Source: Candidatus Woesearchaeota archaeon (lineage in GTDB: Archaea; Nanobdellota; Nanobdellia; Woesearchaeales; GW2011-AR9). Taken from it: a DNA stretch of 64,000 nt. Shown here in pieces: positions 48,074 through 56,326 of this stretch. The position numbers and the translations under genes were made by a program. The notes under the pieces are model-generated. The model did no database searches. It saw only the letters and a list, made by a program, of their open reading frames with translations, and was not told the DNA's origin. The stretch lies in the NCBI GenBank assembly GCA_018302605.1, contig JAGVZN010000010.1, positions 65,013 through 129,012 of the forward strand, given 5' to 3'. The stretch's first letter is position 1, and each line of letters opens with the position of its first letter.

Positions 48074-48264
48074 AAAAGACCGTGAAGAAGAAAACCGTAG
48101 TCCGGACAGCAGCGGGCAAGAAGCCGGCAAAAAAAGAATATTTCTGTCCTCATTGCGGCTACGAGGCATTCAAGCTGGCCCGCCTATCCAGCTGCCCGTT
48201 GTGTGTGATCTGCTCGGGCTGTGGGAAAGAAGTGCGGAAATGCCGATGTAAGGAGGGGGAATAA
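48055..48264 (+). CDS. small protein with lysine-rich MAKKK N-terminus and C-terminal zinc ribbon
   Basis: MAKKKVKKTVKKK... then CPHCG...CPLCVICSGCGKEVRKCRC. Its start overlaps the last 19 nt of the transketolase C-subunit gene. Confidence 0.5.
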   Translation: MAKKKVKKTVKKKTVVRTAAGKKPAKKEYFCPHCGYEAFKLARLSSCPLCVICSGCGKEVRKCRCKEGE

Positions 48265-48283
48265 GTTTGTAGCAATGAATCCA

Positions 48284-48619
48284 TTAAGATAATTTGGTTT
48301 GTTTTCCGTCTTGGATTCCTTTTTCTAACGCTTTTAATCTGGTGCAGATAATCATTCTAAATCTTGAGATGCCTTCGATTGACACGCTATTGTTCATTTT
48401 AAGCTTCTCTGCCAGAGCAAAACGCTCTTGATGTGATTTTAAGACCGTGAATTTATACTCATGATCATCTTTTCTTATTTTGAGGGTAATGTTACCTTTT
48501 GGGGTTGTTCCTTTTTCGATTATTTTCTCTTTTAATCTTAATCTACGCTTAAACTCTTTTATTTTCCTCTCTTTGTTGGCAAGTACAGTCAAGCGGTCGA
48601 TGAGGGTGGTGTCAATCAT
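48284..48619 (-). CDS. hypothetical protein
   Basis: Start taken at the ATG at 48617-48619 (MIDTTLIDRL...), which overlaps the stop of the upstream minus-strand gene by 8 nt. The track's longer ORF begins at 48685. Confidence 0.4.
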   Translation of the reverse strand: MIDTTLIDRLTVLANKERKIKEFKRRLRLKEKIIEKGTTPKGNITLKIRKDDHEYKFTVLKSHQERFALAEKLKMNNSVSIEGISRFRMIICTRLKALEKGIQDGKQTKLS

Positions 48620-49097
48620 GTTTAAGTTCCTCATAAATCTCCAGCAACGCATCTTTATGCCCCCAGCCATCACAACTGTTATCAATAATAGAATCTAATC
48701 TTCCTTTAAATTTTGGTATTAAATCAGAATTATTATTTAACATCTTAATTATCTGCTCAAACATGGTTTCCATACTGGAGTAAAACGCTTCATACATATC
48801 GCCGTATTCATGATCAATCTTTTCTCCATTTTCAAGATAAAAAATCATTAATTCCAAAAGGTGCTCTTGATTTTTAGATATTTTCTTAAAGTCAACGAGT
48901 GCTTTTCTTGCTTCACGAAGATTTGTCTTTTCCTGCCACAAAGCCTCTTTTATTTTTTGTTTATAATAGGTTATAGCCTCATCGGCTCCACTTTGCAGTT
49001 TTAACTTTAAGAAATCAGCATTTTCTTTTCGTAATGAAGATAATTCTAAAAGAAGCGCGTATAATTCTTCTTTTCCTAATTTTTTGAGTTCTTTCAT
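48612..49097 (-). CDS. hypothetical protein (161 aa)
   Basis: Its ATG overlaps the stop of zinc-ribbon gene 1 (ATGA at 49094-49097). Confidence 0.5.
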   Translation of the reverse strand: MKELKKLGKEELYALLLELSSLRKENADFLKLKLQSGADEAITYYKQKIKEALWQEKTNLREARKALVDFKKISKNQEHLLELMIFYLENGEKIDHEYGDMYEAFYSSMETMFEQIIKMLNNNSDLIPKFKGRLDSIIDNSCDGWGHKDALLEIYEELKHD

Positions 49098-49213
49098 TGC
49101 AGGATCTTGTCAAAACATTTATCGCACATACCGACGTGCCATTCTTTATTATGTGCAGAGATTTTGGCACTGCATTGTTTGCAGTTGTAATTCATCTCTT
49201 CGGTGTTCTTCAT
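49094..49213 (-). CDS. small zinc-ribbon protein (39 aa), copy 1
   Basis: MKNTEEMNYNCKQCSAKISAHNKEWHVGMCDKCFDKILQ (CxxC...CxxC). Stop overlaps the next gene's start. Lies inside a ~180-nt direct repeat. Confidence 0.55.
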   Translation of the reverse strand: MKNTEEMNYNCKQCSAKISAHNKEWHVGMCDKCFDKILQ

Positions 49214-49257
49214 GTGAATGGTACGTTCTTTTACCGGTGAGGGTGGTTTGGGGCATA

Positions 49258-50127
49258 TTATTTTGGCTTATCCTCCAATTCTTCCGTTTCTTTCTCTAAT
49301 CTTTTCTTCTTTGTTAAATCTAGGTGATTTTCTGGAGAAATAACTTTAATTCCGAATGTTTTTTCGGCATCAGCTCTCGCTCTTCCAGCAACTTTTCCGC
49401 CTTCTTTGGCCGCATCCAATCCCTCAGCAAAGCCTTGAACTTCTTTCTTGCGCGTAGCTTCGGTGGTAAGCCTTTCACCGAGCATTGAAAAAATTAACTC
49501 TAAGTCATTCATGTGATCTCTGAGATTTTGATTTTTGAATTTTGGATCAAGCCTTTTTATCTCTTTGTGAATCTTTATAGGTACTCCAAAAGTAGCCTGA
49601 GAAATCTCGTTGGTTAAAATGGCGTATTCTCTCAGCTCTCCAATACCCCTTTTTTTCCATTCCTCAGTCAATTCCTGTCTGATGGCAATGCCTCTTAACC
49701 TCTTATCAATCCAATCTTTAGGATAGCCTTTAAGCTCATAATATTCTTTAGCTCTATCTTGTGCTAATTCAGGATTTTCAATCTCTTGAATGCGTTCATA
49801 ACCAACTTGTGCCAGCCAGCGCTTGAATGGCTCGACTTTCTTAGAGGGAATCGATTGGATTAATCTTAACATGGTCTCCGTATTTGCACTGTCAGTCTCC
49901 CTTAATTTACCATCTTCTGCTGGCATTTTCAACAGTACGATTTTATCGTACGGTTCAAATCCTTCTTCTAGAAGCTTAGCTTTTAGGTCAGACCAATATC
50001 TTTTTGGAAGGGAACTGTCTGTCAAGACTGCTACAATATCTATGACGGAGAAGTGCCATTCCTCTTTGTGCCATAACCGGCGAATGTTTTTGCCTTCAAA
50101 GATAACTAAAGCGTTTTTTTGATTCAT
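49258..50127 (-). CDS. Bro-N domain protein (phage antirepressor-like), paralog 2
   Basis: N-terminal Bro-N-like IRRLWHKEEWHFSVIDIVAVLTDS...LRLIQSIPSKKVEPFKRWLAQVG. ~50% identical to the ORF at 51596-52453. Confidence 0.65.
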   Translation of the reverse strand: MNQKNALVIFEGKNIRRLWHKEEWHFSVIDIVAVLTDSSLPKRYWSDLKAKLLEEGFEPYDKIVLLKMPAEDGKLRETDSANTETMLRLIQSIPSKKVEPFKRWLAQVGYERIQEIENPELAQDRAKEYYELKGYPKDWIDKRLRGIAIRQELTEEWKKRGIGELREYAILTNEISQATFGVPIKIHKEIKRLDPKFKNQNLRDHMNDLELIFSMLGERLTTEATRKKEVQGFAEGLDAAKEGGKVAGRARADAEKTFGIKVISPENHLDLTKKKRLEKETEELEDKPK

Positions 50128-50249
50128 TATTTTTCCACCATCTTGTCAAAACATTTATCGCACAGATTGGCGTGCCATTCTTTATTATGTGCAGAGATTT
50201 TGGCACTGCATTGTTTGCAGTTGTAATTCATCTCTTCGGTGTTCTTCAT
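50127..50249 (-). CDS. small zinc-ribbon protein (40 aa), copy 2
   Basis: MKNTEEMNYNCKQCSAKISAHNKEWHANLCDKCFDKMVEK. Its TAA overlaps the Bro-N paralog-2 ATG (TAATG). Confidence 0.55.
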   Translation of the reverse strand: MKNTEEMNYNCKQCSAKISAHNKEWHANLCDKCFDKMVEK

Positions 50250-50344
50250 GTGAATGGTACGTTCTTTTATCTTCTGGCAATTCTTTTCCGGTGAGGGTGG
50301 TTTGGGGCATATTATTTTGGCTTATCCTCCAATTCTTTCGTTTG

Positions 50345-51370
50345 TCATTTTCTACCGTTTTTTTTCCCAAATAATTTTTTGCTGAACTTGTCAAAATCAG
50401 AATTAAATAATCTGTCTTGAATAATCCTATATTTTTCAAACTCAGATTCAGCAAATTCTTTGGCAATCGCAGCAGTTACTTTGCCATGATTTTCTAAAAC
50501 TTCCCGACTATTAAATTTCAGAAACGCATTGAGTTTTTCTGCCCAATCTTTCATAGTTATGGGGATGTTTCTTTCTGCTTGATCTTCTGCAAAATCAAGA
50601 TACATGGTAACAATCCGATTTAAAGCTTTAATCTCATCTTGCTTTAGATAATTTTTAGCTATTGAAACATCGCTTTTGATGATTTTGCCTTGAGGGGCAT
50701 TCTTCCAAGTAGTTAACCCCATATACTCTTTTTTTGAATCTGCCCGTTTCAATACTAATTCCGGCGCTGTATGCTGATGAATGGCATAGTGCATCTTATT
50801 CTGGACTGTTGCAAAAAACTCTGTAGTGGTTCTTGAATTTTTATCATAATCCATGCTGGTAGCATAAATATCTGTTATTTTTTGATAAAAATTTCGTTCA
50901 CTGGCTCTAATTTCCCTTATTTCTTCCAGCAGATAATCAAAGTATTGCTTATTTAAAAACGAGCCATTTTTCAACCTTTCTCTATCTAAAACGTATCCTT
51001 TTATAGCAAATTCTTTTAAAACAGTAGTTGCCCAGATTCTGAATTGGGTTGCCCTTTGCGAATTTACCCGGTATCCTATTGAGATAATAACGTCTAAGTT
51101 ATAGAATTTAGTACTATATTCTTTCCCATCTGAAGCAGTATGTCGGAAATCCCGACAAACTGAATTTTCATCTAATTCCCCAGTATCAAATATCTCTCTG
51201 AGGTGTTCAGTAATAGTGCTTCTTCCTTTATCAAAAAGCTTAGCAATCATCTGCTGGGAAAGCCAAACGGTTTCATCTGCGTACTTTACTTCGATAGACT
51301 CTTCTCCTGACTGTGCGGTAAATATCAGGAATTCGGCAGTGCTGTTTCGGATGGCGAGGTCTTTAGTCAT
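50345..51370 (-). CDS. RhuM-family protein
   Basis: MTKDLAIRNSTAEFLIF...VWLSQQMIAKLF...YNLDVIISIGYRVNSQRATQFRIWATTVLKEF, which I recall as matching the RhuM/virulence-protein family. Confidence 0.65.
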   Translation of the reverse strand: MTKDLAIRNSTAEFLIFTAQSGEESIEVKYADETVWLSQQMIAKLFDKGRSTITEHLREIFDTGELDENSVCRDFRHTASDGKEYSTKFYNLDVIISIGYRVNSQRATQFRIWATTVLKEFAIKGYVLDRERLKNGSFLNKQYFDYLLEEIREIRASERNFYQKITDIYATSMDYDKNSRTTTEFFATVQNKMHYAIHQHTAPELVLKRADSKKEYMGLTTWKNAPQGKIIKSDVSIAKNYLKQDEIKALNRIVTMYLDFAEDQAERNIPITMKDWAEKLNAFLKFNSREVLENHGKVTAAIAKEFAESEFEKYRIIQDRLFNSDFDKFSKKLFGKKNGRK

Positions 51371-51595
51371 TTTTCTTCTCCGGTGAGGGTGTTGGGGGCA
51401 TTTTATTCTCTTTTGACATCTCTTTCCACCTCTTTTTTAACTATTAGGAATTTCCGAATAGTTGATTGCTCATCTAATTCTTGATGTCTGCTTCTATTTT
51501 TGCTTATCTGATAAAGTCATGAAAGTGCGGGCAAGTCTTTTCTGTATGAATACCACAACAGCTTAATACATTGCTGACCAGACATGAATAATGAT

Positions 51596-52453
51596 TTAGT
51601 TATTTGAGTCATCTTTATCGTGTTTTATCCTTTTTTTATCAGTAAAATGTATTTCTTTGGCATCCTTTGAAGTGACAACTTTTTCTCCAAGCCTTTTTTC
51701 AATTCTGTCTTTTGCAACTCTGGCAGTTTTTCCGCCTTCTCTAGCGATTTCTTTGCTTTTTCCAAGTGTTGCAGGGTTTTCTTTCTCAGAGATTTCTTTT
51801 GTGGTCGCTTCTGCAAGCATGTTCAGGATAAGTTCAATATTGGTCATATTATCCCTTAAGTTTTCTTTTTTCAGACCTTTAAATTGCTTATACTCTTTGA
51901 CTGTCTTGCCAGCCCATGCTTTGGTAATCTCAGTGGTAAGAATAGCAAAATCTTCCTGTTTTGAAATGCCAACCCTGTTCCATTCATCAGTTAATTGTTT
52001 TCTGATTTCAATCGTTTTGAGTCTCTGATTTATCCATTCCTCAGAATATCCTTTTTGCAGATAAGTTCTCATAGCTCTATCAATAGATAGTTCTGGATCT
52101 TCAGTTTCATCAATTCTTTCTCTTCCAACCCTTGCCAGCCACATTTTGAAAGGTTCTGCCTTTTTTGAGGGGATTGATTGGATTAATCTTAAAAGCTGTC
52201 CTGTGTCGGCAACATCAGTTAGGTAAAATTTGCCATCCGACGACTGCATCTTCAGTCGGTTACAATTTGTAACCAACTCATCTCCTTCTTTTCTGAGCCT
52301 GAATTTGAGGACTTTCCAATAATTATTAGGACTTGGACTATCTGTCAACACTTCAATAACATCAATAATAGAAAAATACCATTTCTCTTCATCTTCTCTC
52401 CACTGCGTCCGTACTTTCTTATCTTCAAAGAGCTTGATGGATTTCTCTGTCAT
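51596..52453 (-). CDS. Bro-N domain protein (phage antirepressor-like), paralog 1
   Basis: VRTQWREDEEKWYFSIIDVIEVLTDS...LRLIQSIPSKKAEPFKMWLARVG. Confidence 0.65.
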   Translation of the reverse strand: MTEKSIKLFEDKKVRTQWREDEEKWYFSIIDVIEVLTDSPSPNNYWKVLKFRLRKEGDELVTNCNRLKMQSSDGKFYLTDVADTGQLLRLIQSIPSKKAEPFKMWLARVGRERIDETEDPELSIDRAMRTYLQKGYSEEWINQRLKTIEIRKQLTDEWNRVGISKQEDFAILTTEITKAWAGKTVKEYKQFKGLKKENLRDNMTNIELILNMLAEATTKEISEKENPATLGKSKEIAREGGKTARVAKDRIEKRLGEKVVTSKDAKEIHFTDKKRIKHDKDDSNN

Positions 52454-52517
52454 GATATATTAAAACTATGGGGAGTATATAAGCCTTAGGCGTACTTGAC
52501 CAGTGGGCGAGTGGCTT

Positions 52518-52799
52518 TTATCTAATCCCAAACTTCTTACAAATGAGACACTTATTATTTCTCCAAGAAAATGTTCTCTTCTGCCACTCTTCATCTGAAA
52601 GGTTGCAGATAGTCTTATCAGATCGAATTAGAGTAAGGAATTTGTTGTGCGTCATCTCAACTCCTCGCATTTTCTTGGCCAGTTCCTGTAGTTTAGGAAT
52701 ATGGTCTTCTTGACGTTGTTCATCAAGATAGCATTTTCGAGTGCAATAATTACCATAGTACCAATTAACAAGTTGTTGGATAGGAACGGCTTTTTTCAT
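52518..52799 (-). CDS. small Cys-rich (zinc-finger-like) protein
   Basis: 93 aa with a CTRKC...CLICKKFG cysteine pattern. Overlaps the upstream gene by 4 nt. Confidence 0.4.
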   Translation of the reverse strand: MKKAVPIQQLVNWYYGNYCTRKCYLDEQRQEDHIPKLQELAKKMRGVEMTHNKFLTLIRSDKTICNLSDEEWQKRTFSWRNNKCLICKKFGIR

Positions 52800-53431
52800 T
52801 CCAACCTCCTTTGCATCTTTCTTTTGGAGGTTTCTGCAAGTCTTCCCTCTTCAGCTGCTCTTTTCCGTTGCAACTTTTGAATATCTTCTTCGGCGGGGAG
52901 ATTTTCTGGAACAATTTTATTTTTTAGTAAAACTTTTCGCATTTCGCTATTATTCTTTACGTGTTCTCCAGTTATTCGAATCTCTCCCTGAAGATTATTC
53001 TGCTTTACCTTAAAGTTAGTAATTTCTGTTGCGAGATTTTTGGCAGCGATGGTCACTGTTGGCAAGAAATCAGCTAATGGCCTGCTCTTTGGGATTTCTA
53101 ACTTCTTTTTCATTTGCGAAGTGTTCAAACCGCCGAATAACGCTTCATCCCCTTTGCTTCTGATTCGGGCAAAGCCGTTTTCGTCAACTCCTCGTTCATA
53201 AATTAGCTGAGATAACTCCGTTTCGGCTGCGATGAGCTTATTTCGAGCTTCAAGCCTTTCTCCTAAAGCTATCCTCTGCTCGATTATCTCCTGTTTTCTG
53301 GTTTGAACAGCAAAATAACTCTGGGCAAAGGCAATTTGTTCCTTTCTGGGATCGCCATTTTGAGCAATAAGATAGCAGGCATAGCGGGTAAGCATGAAAT
53401 CGTCTATTTCTTTTGTTGCTCCTTTCGGCAT
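52796..53431 (-). CDS. DinD/antirepressor-like hypothetical protein
   Basis: 211 aa. AQSYFAVQTRKQEI and the coiled-coil C-terminus resemble DNA-damage-inducible protein D-like and phage antirepressor C-terminal regions. Assigned from memory only. Confidence 0.4.
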   Translation of the reverse strand: MPKGATKEIDDFMLTRYACYLIAQNGDPRKEQIAFAQSYFAVQTRKQEIIEQRIALGERLEARNKLIAAETELSQLIYERGVDENGFARIRSKGDEALFGGLNTSQMKKKLEIPKSRPLADFLPTVTIAAKNLATEITNFKVKQNNLQGEIRITGEHVKNNSEMRKVLLKNKIVPENLPAEEDIQKLQRKRAAEEGRLAETSKRKMQRRLE

Positions 53432-53654
53432 AGCTATCGTTTTGTTGACGCCAACAAAATGATCTTCAATTCTCTGTTGAGATTTGTAACAGGAAATCTT
53501 AGCTTTTTCAATGACTTTTAGAAAATTCCTCCATTCATCATAGTCTAAAAGTAATGGTTTCTTTTTTCATTTAGATTCAAAGAAGAGGGTGGTATATAAA
53601 TATCATTTGTGGACTTGACCAGTGGGGAGTGGGTTCTCGATGCGTTGTTGAGAA

Positions 53655-54008
53655 GTGAAGATGATCCGGCTGGATTTCAAGAATCTGGGCGTGAACGGTC
53701 TCTACGGCTACAGTCAGGGTGGAAAAGTGGTTGTCTCTGCCAAAGACAGTGTGAACACGCAGGTAAACACGCTGGTTCATGAGATTACGCATGAACTACT
53801 CCATCACCCCAGTGATCTTACAGAACAGCAGAAAGAGATTGAGGCTGAGGGAACGGCGTACGTGGTGTGTAAGCATTTTGGTCTTTCGACCAAGAGCTTC
53901 ACCTATCTGGCCATGTACAAAGCTGACTCCAAAGAGATCATGGCTCATTTGGAAGCGATTGCGAGGGCGAGTAAGGAGGTGATTGAATTTTTGATTTTTA
54001 TTTTTTAG
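53655..54008 (+). CDS. ImmA/IrrE-family (DUF955) zinc metallopeptidase-like protein
   Basis: HEITHELLHH HExxH motif in a ~117-aa protein. GTG start. TATA-like GGTATATAAAT sits 60 nt upstream. Confidence 0.5.
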   Translation: MKMIRLDFKNLGVNGLYGYSQGGKVVVSAKDSVNTQVNTLVHEITHELLHHPSDLTEQQKEIEAEGTAYVVCKHFGLSTKSFTYLAMYKADSKEIMAHLEAIARASKEVIEFLIFIF

Positions 54009-54045
54009 ATGTAAGAGTTTTTCTGTTTGCATTATACATAGCTTT

Positions 54046-54114
54046 TTGGAAGTTAAATTTTTCGATTTGGAAGTTAAATATTTGTAACTTGGAAGTTAAG
54101 ACCAAACTTTATAT
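54046..54114 (+). promoter_or_regulatory. three phased direct repeats TTGGAAGTTAA(A/G) followed by a TTTATATA box
   Basis: Repeats at 54046-54058, 54067-54079 and 54089-54100 (21-22 bp period). TTTATATA at 54107-54114 lies ~24 nt upstream of the ATG at 54138. Confidence 0.45.
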
Positions 54115-54137
54115 AACGCCTAGTTTCTCCTCTAGTC

Positions 54138-54278
54138 ATGTCAAAAAAGATGGTGGCTGATAGTCCTAATAATTTTACCTTTACTGCATTAAGGGGCATC
54201 CAAGCAGGCAGAGAATATTATGCCGTAATGTGTCCTCTACGACTTATCCCACGAATGTTCTTGTTTAATGTTTCATAA
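54138..54278 (+). pseudogene. N-terminal fragment of a DGQHR/DndB-like domain protein (46 codons)
   Basis: MSKKMVADSPNNFTFTALRGIQAGREYYAVMCPLRLIPRMF matches, from memory, the conserved N-terminal RG-Q-G-R-YY...MCPL region of DndB/DGQHR proteins. The reading frame stops after 46 codons. Confidence 0.35.
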
Positions 54279-54369
54279 AATCCTTCAAATTCATGTTCTT
54301 GAAAGCCATTCATTAATTTTTGTTTGTTCATTTTGTATTTCACGGTGTTTTCTTTTAAATGTTTTAAAT

Positions 54370-55830
54370 CTATCTTATTCTATTGATTTTTCCTAACTCT
54401 CCCACAATCCAAACCATCGCTTCTGTATCCCTTTCACAATAGCGAAGCAAGTCTTCCCTGATCTTCTTTCTAGCTGAAGCAGTCAGTTCACCAAATGTCA
54501 TATCTAAGTAGGCAATAGAAGCACAATCTCCATCTTTAATATCCAAACCTTCATATCCTTTCCCTACCAGAGCAGGTAGAACTTTCTTGATGGAAGCAGA
54601 GCCTTTCTGCTTGGGGTTGTAATAAAGGAAATCCTTAAAGGGTTTATACAAATCAACAATCCTTCCTAAGAGAACATCAACCCAGGCTGTATATTCTGGA
54701 AAATCTTTTACTAACTCTTTCAATACTGACCCCTCAAAGCCTTCAAAGTACACTAATACGCTTCCAGAAGCAGGTAAATATTCTTTCAAAGCCGCCAGAA
54801 ACTTAGGTCGAGGATCATCCTTGCCATCGTGCAGGTACTCAAAATGTTTCGTTTTACCATTCTCAACTACATGCAGAGAAAACTGAAACGGCATCCGTTG
54901 ATACGGTCTTGTTCCCTGAAACTCAGGAACTGCAAACGAACACGTTTCAAAATCAAGATGGCAGGCTGGTTCTCGAATTCCATCTAAAAATTTCTTAATT
55001 CTAGCCTTCTCGAGATGAATCTCACCACTTTTCTCACATTTTAATTGAATAACTTGTTGCTCATTAGACAGAACATCATCAGGAACATCTTTCAAAGCAT
55101 GAATTCCTTGCTCAAATAGTTTCATACTTTTTCTGCTGTTATACAAGTGAAAGACATGATTCTCAGGTAGAAAACCCCAACACTCTTCCTTCACTTGGCA
55201 CTTTTTTGGGATAGTGCAGTAATTCTTCTCTGCACTATTTGGGAAAGTAGGGGAATTAACAATACCCCACAGAAATTCAATATTCTTTGGTACTTCATAC
55301 TGCAATTCTTCTACATCTTCGGTCAAATCCTCTTGGACAAATAGTTTATGAACATCAATTTCTCCATCTCGAACGTATTGATTATTCAACAGCAGAAGAA
55401 AGCATTTTCTGATCTTCAAACCAGCTTTTCTATAGACGTATAATTGAAATGATAAATCCCAGTAATGGTCCTTCTTAATTTTGCTACTGCTTTTGACTTC
55501 AATAATATCCCATTCATCTTTACCCACAGGAACGAGAATATCCGCTCTGCCATAGAGGTTATCTACTTGCAGAGCGGCTTCAAAGAGAATTTTTCGTTTT
55601 TTGAGCAGTTCTTTTGATTTCTGAATATTTTCAAGATAATCTGCTTCGGGAATATCGATTCCCTGAGGAAAGAGTTTCTTTGCCCATTGTCCGACGATCC
55701 TTCCTTGTTCAAATCTTCTCAGAACGCCGGGTGAATGGGGAGGAATATTTTCTTCATCATGATACTTCATCCATAGGTGTCCCGGGCATTCCATTCCTGT
55801 TGTGTAATCGGATTTGGAGAGTGGTTTCAT
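54370..55830 (-). CDS. DUF2779-family protein: N-terminal PD-(D/E)xK (Cas4/RecB-like) nuclease domain plus C-terminal DEDD-like exonuclease domain
   Basis: LSKSDYTTGMECPGHLWMKYH, ADILVPVGKDEWDIIEVKSS (D...EVK) and HLDFETCSFAVPEF...RPYQRMPFQFSLH. Confidence 0.65.
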   Translation of the reverse strand: MKPLSKSDYTTGMECPGHLWMKYHDEENIPPHSPGVLRRFEQGRIVGQWAKKLFPQGIDIPEADYLENIQKSKELLKKRKILFEAALQVDNLYGRADILVPVGKDEWDIIEVKSSSKIKKDHYWDLSFQLYVYRKAGLKIRKCFLLLLNNQYVRDGEIDVHKLFVQEDLTEDVEELQYEVPKNIEFLWGIVNSPTFPNSAEKNYCTIPKKCQVKEECWGFLPENHVFHLYNSRKSMKLFEQGIHALKDVPDDVLSNEQQVIQLKCEKSGEIHLEKARIKKFLDGIREPACHLDFETCSFAVPEFQGTRPYQRMPFQFSLHVVENGKTKHFEYLHDGKDDPRPKFLAALKEYLPASGSVLVYFEGFEGSVLKELVKDFPEYTAWVDVLLGRIVDLYKPFKDFLYYNPKQKGSASIKKVLPALVGKGYEGLDIKDGDCASIAYLDMTFGELTASARKKIREDLLRYCERDTEAMVWIVGELGKINRIR

Positions 55831-56326
55831 GTACGTATTAATTCCTCTGTTTTGTTGATGAAATCTAACACTTTGTCTTCGTAGTCTTCTACCATTTCCC
55901 TGCTAAACTTAATATTTGTGGCATAACTGGCTTCATGCCTGTCCTCTTTAAGGTTGGTGTAGAGTTCTGCATCCTCTTTGCTTATAGACAGTTCATGTAA
56001 TAGTTTTGCTTCATCTTTCGTGATAGAATATTCCTGGATAAGGATTAGAATTGTGGCATAGTGATTTTTGGAGGAATAATTTCTATTTGTAATGAGTGCC
56101 AAAGCACAATGGTATATGCGTAATATAACGTTACAATAAGCCAATCATTGAATTTGTGGTGTTCTTTGTTTAGTTTGTAGAATTCCAGATTATGCCTTGC
56201 TTTTTTAAGATGAGAGTTCACCAATTCTTTGTTTTCTTGAATCTTTTTGATATGCTTTTTGGTAATGAAGAAGTCTAGCTCTTGTCCTAAATATTTTTGG
56301 TCTGCAAATAATTTATCAATATTCAT
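55827..56326 (-). pseudogene. HEPN-domain toxin gene split by a frameshift
   Basis: The first frame (56326-56045) carries the N-terminal helix. The second frame (56144-55827) carries ILRIYHCALALITNRNYSSKNHYAT...KEDRHEASYA, a HEPN R-x-H...Y-like C-terminus. The two overlap over 56045-56144. Confidence 0.5.

Noticed and set aside
50185-50466. 93-aa minus-strand ORF (MPKNLL...MPQTTLTG...)
   Set aside because: It overlaps the zinc-ribbon copy 2 in another frame. The zinc-ribbon frame has a CxxC...CxxC pattern, is duplicated, and is stop/start coupled to the Bro-N gene, so I prefer it.
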